Source of the DNA: Leptogorgia sarmentosa
Taxonomy: Eukaryota
Assembly: GCA_964658305.1 (NCBI GenBank)
Contig: OZ210885.1
Location: 7,502,001 to 7,566,000, forward strand
Direction of reading: 5' to 3'
Length of the DNA stretch: 64,000 nt
In this document: piece by piece, positions 39,301 through 54,300 of the stretch
Layout of the letters: each line of letters begins with the position of its first letter
Position numbering within the stretch: the first letter of the stretch is position 1
Position numbers and translations under genes: made by a program
The notes under the pieces: model-generated
Told to the model about the DNA's origin: nothing
The model's input: the letters and a program-made list of their open reading frames with translations, nothing else
Database searches by the model: none

Positions 39301-42300
39301 ACTGGGAAGACGTTTTAAATGACCTCAAAAAAGCAGACTTGGTAAAATTACGTTCAATATATCCCGCCGAAGCTTATCCTTACGATAACGTCTTAACAGC
39401 CATTAACGCCAGCTTTCAACATTTGGACGAAGAAATACGAGAAAAGTTTCTAGATTTCGCTTTATTTCCAGAAGATACGGATGTACCATTAGACATTCTT
39501 GAGCTGTTTTGGTCTTCCAAAGTAGCCGGAAGAACTTCGTGCAGCCGTCGTGAAGGAAGACGTATACTTGATGAGCTCGAAAAGAAGTCGATGATTCAAC
39601 AAGGTAAATGAAGACAGGGTGCATGATAATAGACAAAAATCTATCGCCACAGTTGGAAACAGCGTGCAAAAATTACCATAATTGCAAAGTTTAAAGAAGA
39701 AATGTCATAAAATGGGAATATCATTGCCAGACACATTCATTTTGTGTACTATTTTATCAGCACAAAGTAAATTATATCCATTCCAGACGATAATGTGTAT
39801 TAAGTTACTTCTGCGTAATATATAGTATGCAAGTTGTGCTGAATTTGCATGGGCACAATTTCCCCATTTTATCATTTCTATTCTTCAAACTTTGCTTTCA
39901 TACTAATTTCAGCACGCTGTTTCCAACTATGATGTTAGTTTTGTGCTTGTTGTCTTATTTTTAAACTTTTGCGATCGCTAAATTTGTCTGTTGCTTCATG
40001 CACCATAATGAAATGAAATTCACGCTTACGACGAGAAGTTTCTGAAATATTTTTTTACTACAGCTCCTTTTGCGAAAGCTGTATATTAACTGTCAACACG
40101 TTGTTAGGCTGAACATTTAATCAAACCAATGTCAAACAAGCCTAAGGAAATTAATTTTCAGCTATAATCATATGTTGACTCATATGTGGGCAAGCCAAAT
40201 TTGCCCGTTCATTTGCCCAATATTTTCCGTGTTTTCCTCTGGCATTGCTAGATGAGTAACAAATGGAATTGAATGGAAAATACTTCCATCGCCCTGGAGT
40301 ATACTAAATCTGAAAAATTACTGTACTATAGCCTGACTGCAGTCCCAGACTGCTCTAGTGTCCTGTACAAAAACGTTTCGAATCACCATATGTGACTATG
40401 TTCTCTAACGGCAGAATTTAATTCAGTGCGAAATGGCGCGCGATCGACTTTTAGCGAACGCTTTATTTTGAAATACAAACAGTCAACGATTCTCATTAAC
40501 ATTAAATTGCAAGCATTTCAAAAGAATGCGATCACGAACCAAAATTTTACACTTAATAATTGAAATTCGCCTTATGACGCTAATTTTCAGGATCTGATTT
40601 ACATGGAAAGAAGACCTACCGTCTCCACGATCTCCTTTTGGGTTTTGCACGTGCAAAACTGGGAGGCAAACTAAGTTCTGTCCAGTGTTTGTTCGTGGAG
40701 GCACTTCGTGGTCATTCCGAGAACGGTGATTGGGGAAAATTTGAAGGCAACAAGGATTATTATTTCAAGTACCTGACCTATCACCTCTACTCCTCCGAAC
40801 AATTTGATGAACTACATAAACTGTTCTTCAGTTTTAACTGGCTTTATGAAAAGGTGAATCAATTCGATCTCCCCTCCTTAATATCAGATTTTCGTTTTCT
40901 GGACCCTCCCTCGAAAGAAATCGAACTGCTCAAGTCGTCGTTGATGAGGTCTTTCGAGGTTATCGAGAAGAATTTGCATTCTATTGGTCCACAGCTGTTA
41001 GGTAATTACTTTCTTTTTTTGCTAAATTTTGTTTCACTGCCTACACGATACGATAAGATTCCACATTTCTGACGAAGGCTTTCGAAAACTGGTGTATCAA
41101 ATCCATCCGATTGGTTTTTACTTGGTTTCCATATATTCACTAATATAAAAACCCTTGTGTTTTCCCCCGACCCAACAATCTCGTACCCTGAGCCTGCGAT
41201 CTTCGTTTGGAAGAGTCGAAGGCTCTGGGATAATCCATGTGCCGAGGACAGATTTCTGTACCTCGACCCAACTGCGCATGCGTTATATTTTTAGTAAATA
41301 CTATTATACTAGCTCTTTCCAAATCAAGTTTCGAAGATTTTCTACTATATATTTTTATCAAAATGTCGGCGGAAAGCATTGTTTTACTTCATTGTGGTTT
41401 GGAAGAAGCGTTAGAGCGACTGGGAAAGCCAGATATTAAATTGAAAGAGTGTCAATCGGTGTCAAATCTGTCAACACGAAGTAGTAAAAGCTGTTGTCGT
41501 TGATCGGAGGGACACGCTTTGTATATTACCCACTGGTTATGTGGGTAATATATGTTAATTATGTTCTAATTATGTTCCTGATGATGACTGAATCTTAGTC
41601 GAAAGCTAGAATATTAAAACGTTTATTTTCGGAGTTACCGTTGTTTTATATTGTTGCTTTATTATTGCGAAATATTGTTCTGTCTCAACAGCCAATCAGA
41701 TTCGCCCAAATTCATGGATTATCCCAGAGCCTTCGACTCTTCCAAACGAAGATCGCAGGCTCAGGGTACGAGATTGCCGACCCAACTACTAATTAACGAC
41801 TAAGGGTCTTTGCTCGATACGTCGAAACGGCTACCACCACTGCCCAAGTACGCTTGCATGTAGATGAATGGCAATTGTTTTGGATTGGTACCACACTATA
41901 TAACGCGAAGTATTACTTCATGAATGTTATGCCTATCTTTATAAATACTCCATTAGGCATGCTATCCGAAAACAAAGATTCTCTGTTGTTAACCAGCTAG
42001 TTCGTATGTAAACGCGGTTCTTACATAATATGATGCGTCTCCATGGGTAATACACGCCCATGATTCACACAAAGTATGCATGCGATCCGTCAAATTTCAC
42101 AGTCACTGTCATTCACCCACACCATATATTATTGGAGATTGGAATCAAATTCAGTTAGACATTAAATAATCAATAATATTAAGAATTTACAAAACTGTAG
42201 GAAGTAACGTTCTGTTGTATTGGAGTAAAGTATTTTTTGGTGTTAAGCATGAGATCGGTGCTTTACGAATTCACAGAACTTTAACAGTCTTTCTACTTTT

Positions 42301-45300
42301 GTTTTGCGAAGCGATGTTTTATGCTTTCTGGCATTGTAAAAAGGGCGTCAATGGACCGCTTACATAATAGAGAAAATTTTCAAAAACCTCGAAATAATAT
42401 ACAATTCAAAATAATTAACAGCGTTAAAGAGCATTCCAAAGTTAGTAAGATTGCAGAGTTTGGTTGCGAAATGGTATAAAATGCGAGGAATATACCCCTG
42501 TGAAGTTTTCAAAATTTGTAAATTTTTGTATTACGCACACAAAATTGACACCATTTTCACGACAATTGTATCAATTTGCCGCACAGAATGGTTGAAACTC
42601 TCAATCCCAGGAAAATAGATTTTGTAGCATGTAATAAAATGGATTTGTGCGTTTATTAAGCGCGAGACAAAACAAAACAAACGAAATCGTATATAGTTTA
42701 AAGTGTGCGAACATATAGTGTTAGTGTATATAAATATATTATCATAATATGGTTTTGAAAAGAGTAAATTTGGTTTTTAGACGGCCACATTTTTCTCAAA
42801 TAATCGCAAAGCGCTGTCTCTAATTTAAAGACCCAATGACATGCGATATCATATGTCGTCAAGTTTCAACTCCTTATGCAATTTGATATGATCGCGCGGA
42901 TTCCGGAATGCGACATAGTTATGAAAGCTTATATGAAGTATTGAATACGTCTCACGTTTTAACCACGCCCAACCTCACGTTTTAAAAGGTATTAGTATTT
43001 GCACCATTACCAATTTCAGAATACTATTAGTAAAATTTCAGAAGCAGCTCAGTCAATTCTTCGTTCGTACCAGTGAATTATTTAAAAACGAAGGAATACA
43101 AGTAATGGACAGTTATGTATCAAATCAAGTGGATAATAATGAAGAGGAGTGGTCGCAAATTACTTCCATGGTTGGAATGAACACTTCAGAAAATGTGAAC
43201 GCTCACGGTCAAGAAGTAGTTGAGAGAATGACTTGATTGATGATGATACAGATGATGAGTGGTGTGCAGCGACTGAACGGTCATCAGGTCTTATGGATAC
43301 ATTATTACAAGAAACCGATATTACCCAAGATGGTGACAGAATAATAGGTTTTGCACCAGGAGAAGGAATGCTTGTTCATTATAGCACTATATGTAAATGG
43401 AATTGCGAAGCAAAGATAGAAAACTCGCGCAGTCTGTCCCAAACATTTTTAACGAACTAAAGAAATTACAGATCAGGCAATTTCAAGGAAGTGCAAGTTA
43501 TCATTGCGTAACTGTAAAACTAAAGTTAAAATTTTAAAATCAGAAAGTTGTGTCAACAAGTTAATAAATTTGGATGAAGGATTTTGAGTTTTAAGGAATT
43601 TACGCGGATCACCTCCATACTTTGAATGGTGTAAAAAAGATGTATTTGCCATGATTCGTGAGCTTGGTAATCCTATACGTGGTTCTGTTCATTTTCAACA
43701 GCTGAAACACAGTGGATTCATTTGACCAAAATTCTTGGTCGTCTTATAGACAATAAAGATTCTACTAACGACGAAATTAAACAAATGACATGGCAGAAGA
43801 AATCTGAACTGATGCAGAAAGATCCAGTCACATATGCAAGAAATTTTTTACATATGGTACAATTATTCATTCACAACTTCATTAAAAGCCCAAGTCATCC
43901 AGTTGGAGAAGTTGTTGACTTCTTCTATTGCGTTGAATTTCCGCTAAGAGGAATTCTCCACATATCCACGGCTTATTCGGGATAAAAAATGCTCCTGAGT
44001 ATGGTAAAGATATATAGTGATGAAGATATTGCTGAGTTTGTCGATAGTTATGTTTCATGTAGAGCTGACTCAGATTATTTAACTGATCTCGTAAATTTAC
44101 AAAGGCAGATGAAACCATGACATTAATTTTGTTGAATTTTCTCAGAAGCTAAGTCTATCAGAACAGCAGTATATAAAAGCTATAAGGCTACCTGTTATGC
44201 AGTATTTCATCTGTACTTCAACTATCAACTGTCAGCCACCAATGATCAGATAAGAGAACTATAGCACGATCGTAAATATGTATGTGATCTCAACTTCCCG
44301 AAAATGACTATATACAATGAAAACTTCCAAGATTTTTTGAAGACACGACCAAAGAAGGATTATTCTTCCCAGAGCTGAAGTCGATATTAATGGACTTTAT
44401 GCATAACCGCACATGTTGCATATCCTTCCCGTCGTAAAGAAAATTGCTAACTCAATGAAGAACAAATGCATATACTATACTCTGTTAATCGTTGGTTGTG
44501 ATGTCAATAATTGTAACTAGCAACTAAGCATGACAACTGCTGGTATATAGCAGAATTAACCCTTGTCAGTTTAACATATGCGGAAATAAATCATTTCATA
44601 AATACTCGTTCCGTTATCATAAAATAAATTACTCATCTTTTTACTGTCACAATATAAAACAGAATAAAACATCATTTCAACAGTTGCAAAGCTTTCAAAA
44701 ACGTTTTTTCAGTGTCTCAGTTTCAAACTTTGATATTACTTTATGTCTCCTTTATATGAAAGTCACTGAAGGGGAACGAAAATTTTTTTTAAACAATGAA
44801 AAACTTCCTTTACAAATTAGAAAGGGACTCATATGATTAATTTTAAGAACCTATTGTGTTAATAATCAAGAAACAGATATATATGTATAGTATAATTAGA
44901 TAGGCCCGTTAGTTGTTCAATTTTAATTTTTCCCGGTCAAAAACTTGTCTGCATCTTTAAATGCTAGTTTAAATGTTATGATTTTGTTACGTATGTTAAT
45001 AATGTTGTGTATTTTTGTTTTCCAGGCAGACTGCTATCTTATGAAGAGTTTCCGGGGATAAAGACGCTATTAGAGCAACTCCGTGCAATATGCACGGAGA
45101 CTTGCCGTCTTATACCGGAATTCTCATGTTTAGATCTTGGAGGCCCAGAGATCTTTCGAAAAACGTTTGATTCCAAAGTATGCTCATTAGCGACGTCCAA
45201 TACTGCATCCGCTACTCTTGTAACCTGTGGTTTAGCGAATGGTTCAATCACAATCTTTGATCTTGACACAGGTAGGTAACCGTGTGGTAACGTACTATGG

Positions 45301-48300
45301 ATAAAACTAATGGCAAGGTTTGGGGTTTTCAATAGTTTTTTTTTCTTTTGACCGATCGTCGGTCCGGAAAAGGGATAAACTGACACAGATTCAATGCCAC
45401 CTCTGCTTGTAATTGTAATTATATGTGCAACCATATCCTCACTCACATTTGTAAGAATCATCAGTTCCGAGTTTTGCAAGTTGAGCGGCCGCGCGATATA
45501 CGTGTATAAAAAACTGAGCAGATTTGAAATCGCTCTCAATTTCGCAAAGCCACTCGGGTGACGTTATTAATTTACAAAACTTTGCAGTGCAAAATCATCC
45601 CTTGTCAAGAAACGTTGTATTAGCCTTCAGCTTCAATTCTTTTTGTTAGCGCTGATAATGAATTAACTAGATAAAAAGTTGAATAAAGTACATGTTTGTT
45701 TGACTTACCTGCTGTCACATGTACAGTAGTAGTTGATTACATCGGAAATTTGCGGCGCTATAATCTCATGGAGCTCACTGGCCACTGGCCTCAGGCCTAA
45801 TATGGCTATATGCTTTGCTTCAGTTATATATCGGTTGTTCTCAGTTTACTTATGTGCTTTTCTTTGCGGAGTCGGCAAATAATTATCCGCTATCGCGGAA
45901 TTTCGTGCGACGTCGTCCAATAATTGATAGTAGGGACCTTAAGATCTAAAACGCCACAAATTCGGCGAGGGGGTCTAAATTTCAGTGTGCTCACCTTTTT
46001 ATGCTTTAAATATAGATGTTGGATTTTTTTCAAGAAACAGATAGTTACACAGGTTCAGCTAAAGCAATGCGATCGTTGCTGTGTAGTCAACTTGAAGTTA
46101 CAGCTCTCACGTTGTAATCAGCCTTCACGTTGCTTTGAAGACGTTATAATGCTTGGTTTAACGTTGCGTTGATAACAACAAAGCCGTTGATACCACAATT
46201 TATGCTTGGTTTTTGTTCAGCATAAAAATTTGTTTGTTCGGAAAGCTCGTCGTCGAGTTGGTCACGTTGTTGATCTTAGGACCCCTAATCCTCTGCTACA
46301 AAATTACTATGACACCATTTTTGAACTTATATCCACAATGCAGTTGTGTTTTTATTAGGAATGCCAGAAAAGTCGGGTGATAGTTCCAGTTTGATAAAAC
46401 TAAAAAAAACTATATTGGTGCAGTGTAAAATAAACCACTGTATATACACGTCATATTTCGCGCAAATAAGTAAGTATAATCTCATTTAGTTACACGGATA
46501 ATTATCCAATTTTTTTAGACCTGTAGCCCACTGCCCCGGTTTTTGAAAAAAGTTTCAGTTTTGGAAGATGACAAATTGAATTGTAGCGTATATATCACGA
46601 CTATATTTTAAACATATTCATACATGCCTTTTTAGCTAAACAAAAGCTTTGACCTTGGTTATTCATTGAAATGAGAATATAGTTAATATGCAGTTGATAT
46701 GGGTGAGGGAACAAAGGTTTACACTCAAAGTAATTGATAATTCATTAGAAAACTAGCCAATCATGTACGGTAGTCGTCGTCTTATGATGATATTTGAAAT
46801 TTGGATTAGATACTTGAAGAGACATGTTCATCCAGATTTACGCTGGGATAAAAATTAATTCGGTCATTTCTTGAACAGGATCAATGTTTACTGGGTAAAA
46901 AATTAAAAAATCTCACAAATGGCTGGAGGGAATGCTTTTGTCTGCAACATATTAATTATTAAGAAATCGTGTGCATAAATGAAATCTGCCAATTTTAAAA
47001 TGTGAAAGTTCAGTATACAAATACAAGTAGGACAACATTCCTGTGCAATCATTGGTATTCACTGTATAGAACTTTTCCTGTTTATGGCCTCATTCATGCT
47101 TTCCAATTATCTACTTTCTGTTCTACCACCAACATCAGCCACTAAATTTCATCTAAACAGTAGTAAATATATTATAAAATTTCACTAAACTGTTCGGCAT
47201 TGGAAAACAGCCATAAGTGTGGCTGCTCTACAATTAAACCCATGTTTGTATAGTATGTGGTTGGTGAAATTTACGATTTAATAAACGAATATATAATTTG
47301 TTACATCAAAACAGCAATAAATTACGTGTATAGGTTACTTCACCGTTATTTTACCACTTTAGTTATCAAGCCAACACTAACAGGGACCAGTAGCGAGTCT
47401 TACCCAAGCGTTCAAGACGTCACAAAAATATTTCGCACACTCAAATTAGTAAATTTCGCTATCAACCCCAGTTGGGTCGATACCTACATCTATGGACTTG
47501 CACAACAAAGATGAGGGCATACTTTTATGAAATCCCAAGAACTAACGAATGAAAACACACGCGGCACGCCTGTGAAACACGTCACAGTAAATTCCACAAA
47601 ATTACAGTTACTATTTTTTAGTATTAAAGATCGTTTCGGTGTTTGTCTATCGTTTACATTGCTGTTTAAGTTGCTATAGGGACGTAATAGTAAAAATGAA
47701 AGTTAGCGGTGTAAGCAGAATGTAGCTGATAGGTTAGTTACTGTAGTTACTTGTCTCAATCATTTATTTTATCGCCGCAATGTTTTGAAAAATACTCCCA
47801 ATGTAGTAACGATGTGAGTGAAAATGATCTATTACCCCATTTTATGTACGTGCTATCTTATTTTATAAACAGGTAGAGAAGTTCAACAACTACTGGGACA
47901 TTCTGACGTCGTTAGCTGTTTGGCTGTGTCACAAAGTGGAACAATACTAGCGTCAGGGTCGTGGGACGGAAGTACAATCCTTTGGAGAATGGATAGTTAT
48001 GAACAGCTTTTTGTGTTCCAAGGGGAGAATGAAGTTAAAGCTCTGGATTTCAGTGCAGATGATCAGCGAGTGTTTATTGGAACAGAAGACGGTAAGCATC
48101 TTAAACACAAGTCAAACAAGGATATCAAAATGTTGTTCAGATTAGGTAGATTGACTTCCACTCAATTTCTTACGAAAAGTACTCTTTCTCTCCAACACCA
48201 CATTAATTTAGGTCGAATTCGTCCTATGACTATAATTGGCTGCCGTATCTCTGGTTTCACGCACCCAACAAGGACAAAAATACACTCTTTCTATTCAGCG

Positions 48301-51300
48301 TAAAAACTCTATAAATTTAAGCAATGTTCATATATATACAATGCAATACAAGGAAAATGTATTAACTTGAAGGCATTGAAATCAACATCGCAGCAAAATG
48401 TGACCCAGAATACTAATTAGAAACATAGTTTCGACCTTTAGTTCGATCATAACTCTGCAACCACTGATATTCAGTTCTTCGGAGTAGTACCAATGAAATC
48501 ACCGTAGAAAATGTTATATTTCTACCTTTTTACAAGAGTATAGGTAAAAAGGTCTTCCTTAAGGAAAGATGAAGTTTCTAGAGGGGGGCGAATTTCCTAA
48601 ACGGGGGCAAATTTCCTAGGAATTTCGTCCCCCGGGGGGTGGAAATTATGGAGGGGGGGCGAGATTCCTGTGACACCTGTCGTGCTTTTTATGTGGCGTG
48701 CGAATAAACCAGAAGTGAGTTTATCCAAGACTGAAAAACATACGAATAACGCACCCTACGTAATCAAAAGCATGTTTTCCACATGTTTCAGACTATTGCG
48801 CAACCTGACTTATCCTGTTTTAGTAAATGCCGTGCGCGTGCGGAAATTACCGACAATTACAAAAAAGCTTGTAGATATGTTATTTTACCGGGGTTTCCAA
48901 ACACGCGAGAATAATTGAATTAACTCGACTGTTCACCGCGCGATTTTCTTTTTTGTTCTCTCGTGTATGTAAAACACTGAAGACAATAAAAACCACTCGG
49001 CCGTAACGGCCTCGTTGCTTTCATTGCCTTTCGTGTTTTACAAACTCTCGAGAACAATAAAAATCGCGCGGTGAACAGTCTCGTTAATTCAATTATTCTC
49101 GCGTGTTTGGAAACCCCGGTAAAACGCTCGCACTCGTTTATGAAATATTACAAACGGCATCGTATCGTGTCATTGGACCATGTTCATTAATTATTTTTGT
49201 GTTTGATGCCAGGAACAGCAGTTTTACAACGTAGCTGTAGTAAAATGATTTCCTGGGAAAACCAGTTACGTCTGTTTGAGTAGCACCTCTCAACCTTCGC
49301 CAAAAGTACAAATTGTTCATATTCAAACAATAATTGCAACAGCTGGTTTGAAAATTCCAGCGTCTGCGTATCTTCAAACCAGCGGTTAACAGTAAACGTC
49401 GTGTAGAGCGCAGTGAAACGCAGTGTAAAAACATAAGCCAGTAACAGCCAGAGCATTTTCAGCGCCGTAGAGGGACACAATTAAAAACAAGATTTCAAAA
49501 AATCGTCTAGGGTTAGACATTATTGAAACATCAGTCTGACGAGTATCCATCATGCGTTGTAGGACTGAAAGTGTATTGTGTATCTACCGGAGAAAACCTC
49601 TCAACAAGTATTTCTGAGGGAGTCAGGTCGCTGTGTACGACCAAAGATGGACAGTTCATTGCTACTGTTGGATTCTATCCTGGCAAGACTATCAAGTTGT
49701 GGAATGCGGATACACTAAATTTTGAGGCCAGTTTGGTTGGCCATACAGAATGCGTGACATGCGTTGTCGCAACAGGTATGCAATACTGTATGAGTTAATA
49801 TTTCATAACATTTTGAAGATCTTACTTCAATAGAGTCTCTTCAGAATTATATTTGTTATTTCATTCGGATAAAACATATTCTTTATTATAAACTTCCTTA
49901 ATGGTTCAATAAAGCAATGATTGGAGGGGAATATCATGTTTTGGAATAAATTTTCCCAATTGTTGCACAAAAATACCTGCTTGCAACAGCATTCTAATAT
50001 TGTAATGAAAAATTATGCCTAGAAAGAAAGCAATGTCTTCCCTTAATTGTTAGTATGGTGGTAGCCAGTGCTTTCATGTACAAGCACTATTTTAGGGCTT
50101 TCTGATCTCTTTCAAATTTTTAGGCTGGTTGTATTTGTATATGCTAAGAGTATTTTAAAATGGCCATTAGATTTATCTATATGCTAGCTTTCTAAATATA
50201 CTTTGAGACAATTTGCTTGTGTGTGTATATTTCAACTGATTACCCTGTTTCGCAGACCTTAATGTATAAATTGTGATACTGTACAAGTAGATTCAAAAGA
50301 CTTGGCATTTAGGGTATTGTATATTTTATTAGCGTTGAGACCTCTTGTAAGTAATAATAGTGTGCCGTAAAAATAAAAGCAAGCTCTGAAACAAGGGCAT
50401 AGGAATCAAGTTGTAGTTTGTAGGGGGAGGGGGAGGCACAAGGACAACAGAATCCAAACCTTTACTATTAAATGTTGCAACTTTAAATAAAAACTTGTTC
50501 CTGTATTTGCAACTTGCAATCAGGAAGGCGGCATCTTGGAAAAAAAACATTTAAAAGCTAATGAATGATGGAATCCTATAAAATATTTTAGTACATTTGG
50601 GCAAATTCTCATGTCTATCAAAGAGCTGTACAAATCCTAGGCATGAAAGAAGGGCACTTTCTTTTTTAAAAGGACACTTATAACCATGAAAGTTGGGGGT
50701 GAAAGTGCCCCACCATCCTACGCCATTGCTCTGAAATGCATTTCATAGGGATACATCAACCAAGAACAATTCTAGCCGTTTCACATGTATGTAATTAATG
50801 CACATGTATCGAATTGAACTACAATATATAATAGAATTCAATACAACAGAATATGACAGCATTTTATACCATATGTTTTTAACTTATGAAATTATATAGA
50901 TAAAGTAACAAATGGAAGCCAACATGAATGTTGTTTGTAAAGTAATATTGTTTTAGATATACTGTCCATTGCCAAGATATACATATAGCCAGGTGTCGTT
51001 TGACTTATCTTGTCCATCTTGACTTCAGACCCTCTTCTTCCAACAAACAAAATTGATATAGTTTGACCTGTTTTATAATTGTTGTGACAAACATTGTGCT
51101 GTACTGTTAGAACTTGGTAGGTTAGTTGCTTGAATAAATGTGATAATAATTGAATTTAATCAGTCAATTTTCACAGTTACTCAGTGACATGAAAGAGCAG
51201 TTAGGCAACAGTTAAGAGCAGTTAAACACAGCTATGTTCCCAAACATAAGTATGAATACATGTGCAAACTAATAATGATTTAATGCAGAAATGAAAATTT

Positions 51301-54300
51301 CCCATTGCGGTACATGCTACAGTGTACGTACTGTTCAGTACTGTTACACTCTGGTTTTGAGTAATTGCACCGACGCAGAGTTCTTACGATCTTTCATTAG
51401 ACGTTTCCGTAACTTTATGCACAGTACATAGTATGGATATAGGTAGAAATAGCAATTATAAATTTAGGTACTCGAATATTTCCTCAGGAAAAAACATTTT
51501 AGACTTTTCAGAAGTTAAACTTAGTTTTAACACTTATATTATCATAAAATTTTGAAATAACTTCAACAAACTTTTAGAACTTTGAGGCCCAAATTAAACG
51601 TTGATTACGACTGCGTATTTCCTATGTATTTTTATTAAACGAGAAGGAAATTTGTTTTGTATAAAATCCAATTAAACACGTATTGCAAAATTAACTATTC
51701 GATCAGCTTCAAGAAAGACTACCGTATTTCATCTATTTAGCCCCTTGGGGGATATTTATGTTTTCCTGCTTTCAGGTGAGCGGTTATCTGAAGAGGGGAC
51801 TAAGTAGATGGTGGGGCTTAATAAATTTTCACCCAAATTTTGTACCGTAAATATACTAATCACACAACACATCCAGAATATCAATTAACTTCATTACGCA
51901 TTAAAAAATAAAGGAACGAAAGGTTTTTTTTTCATAAATGTTTTGCTTGATTCTCAGCCGAATTGAACCAAAATGTAATCATCTCTTCCTTGTGTAATGG
52001 CAAACAATTGTGAAAGATGTTCGATATTTCACAAAGAAACCAGGATGATTATACATAACCTCCTCGCGGTCGTAATGAGCTTTAACATTATGCAAAACGA
52101 ACTGGAAGAATGATGTTACTTTGCACAATTCATTCGTGATCATGACTATTGTACGTGCCAGACGGTTCGGCCATATTTTGAGTATTTCAAGTTTATCCTG
52201 ACACATTGGAATTTCTTTTTTGCGTCAATTTCTCTTCAATATCCTAACGGTACCAACAAAATCAAATTTCTGTATATCGATAGCCTTCTAACCTTTCTGC
52301 CTAAGTCCATTATGGCCTGTTGGGAGATTTCAGTTCATTGGAGTTGGTTTATGAGACATTTGCATATAAAATCTCCCAACAGACCAAAATTGACTTAGGC
52401 AGAAAGGTTAGTAGGCTATCGATATGGACGGCTGCAAAATCCATTGCCTGGACTTGCAGAATGCATATATGAAAATTTCTCCTGTCAGCGATCGAGTTAT
52501 TGAATATATTTAGGATATCATGTACTTTGCTTTCCCTTGTTTTTTGTGCCAGTTCGACTAAAGTGCGACGTTTCTCGTTTAGATTCAGGAAAAAACAATC
52601 CAATGCTCGTGTCTGCTTCAGACGATGGGACAATAAAAATTTGGGATTTAAAAACGTATCAGGAAATTCGTACCCTTGACGTTCTTCATTCTTATGTTAC
52701 CAGTATTGCTGTGAGCGGTGATAAAAAGTATATTATCTCTGGATTCATTGAAGGAAGTGTGAGGTTGTGGTGTTTCCACACTGGAAAGTCCCTTTCCTGT
52801 TATGAAGCTCATACCATGGAGATCAGGTGGGTTCACTCTAGGAACTATTTAATTTACCGCTATTTTCTCGAAAGCATCGTTATATGACAAGGCAACAGCG
52901 AAGACCCACTATCTATAACATTAAGCTTAAGGCGCTCCATATTCTGTCTTATCCATTGTGTACGTATGTATACATTTAATACAATATTTCCCAGTCAGAC
53001 TAAGACGTACTGCTCTTGAAATCGGTTTTTGATTACTTGAAAAGATAGCGAGCATGAACTCCATGAAATTAATTTTCGTCATCCACTTGCTCGCCCGCTT
53101 CCGAGGTGTTGAATACAGAAAATGCTGAATACGGAAAATATAGCCGTGCGACGTTGCAGATTGACAGGCGCTGAAACTGATAATTGAAGTAGTTACTAAT
53201 TCACGCAAATATAAAATGTATACAAATTTGTCAACTTTGAAGGACTGTATTTTCCGTACTTTGCAACCTTTCGCGATTGAATTTTGCAGTATTACTAATT
53301 GGTGAAAGATTTTGTTCACCTTGCTTAGACTAAAATTTAGTCAGGAGCGTATGACATCCAATGCAACATTATTTTACCTGTTGTACATCTATCATTACTT
53401 ACCTTGTGTTGTTGCTTTCGTTGATATCAACGTACAGTACTGAACTCCATAATATGTCTATAGGGCTCCCATTGATAACAGCAATTTTTATTACTGACGG
53501 GACTACCTTGTGTAAATAAAGTTTTTGTCTATCTATCTATCTTCTTAATTGTTGTCGACATAGTAATATAACGATTTTTGCTAACGATAAAGTGACCATA
53601 GATGTAGTTTTCATTTGCATTAACATTCGATGAATAGGACATATTTCCCAGATCATGTATGAATAAATTATACAGCATATTTTAATGATATGGGTTTCTT
53701 AAACAATCAATAGTCTGACAGAGATCGTCTTTGCCTTTTTTCGGTAGAAAAAATTATTATTAGAAATAAACAATCAATTAACTTGTAATATTTCAGCGGT
53801 GTTGCAATAATTCCCAAAGAAATGAAGGTATTGACAGCGTCAGAGGATGGAAGTATCAGGGTTTGGAACCTGGGAACTGCTGTGTACATGGGACAAAATA
53901 GTCTCTCTGATCATTTAAATGACGTCACATATATTACAATCACTCGTGATGAGTCTAGATGTGTTTGCGCATCTAAAGATGGAACTTTCAAAGTTTGGGA
54001 TCTTCACACACAGTGCTTTTCTGTCACAGGTATAGTTCAAATTGTCTATTTGGGTCAGCTTTCTTATAAATAGGTTGCGGACCATCTCGTTTTCATTTCA
54101 TTTCACTAAATTCATTTTCATTTTACTAAATTCATATTAACCTAGCCTCGACCTTGTTAATTTTTTTGCTTCAAGTACTGTACCATGTTCAAAAACTACT
54201 ATTTTTACGTAGAACAAATTTACCTGGAAATTAAAATCTTGTAGATACTCGTGTATAATTAGCAAATCGGAATAGTTAATGAGAAACGTTCTTATCTGCA

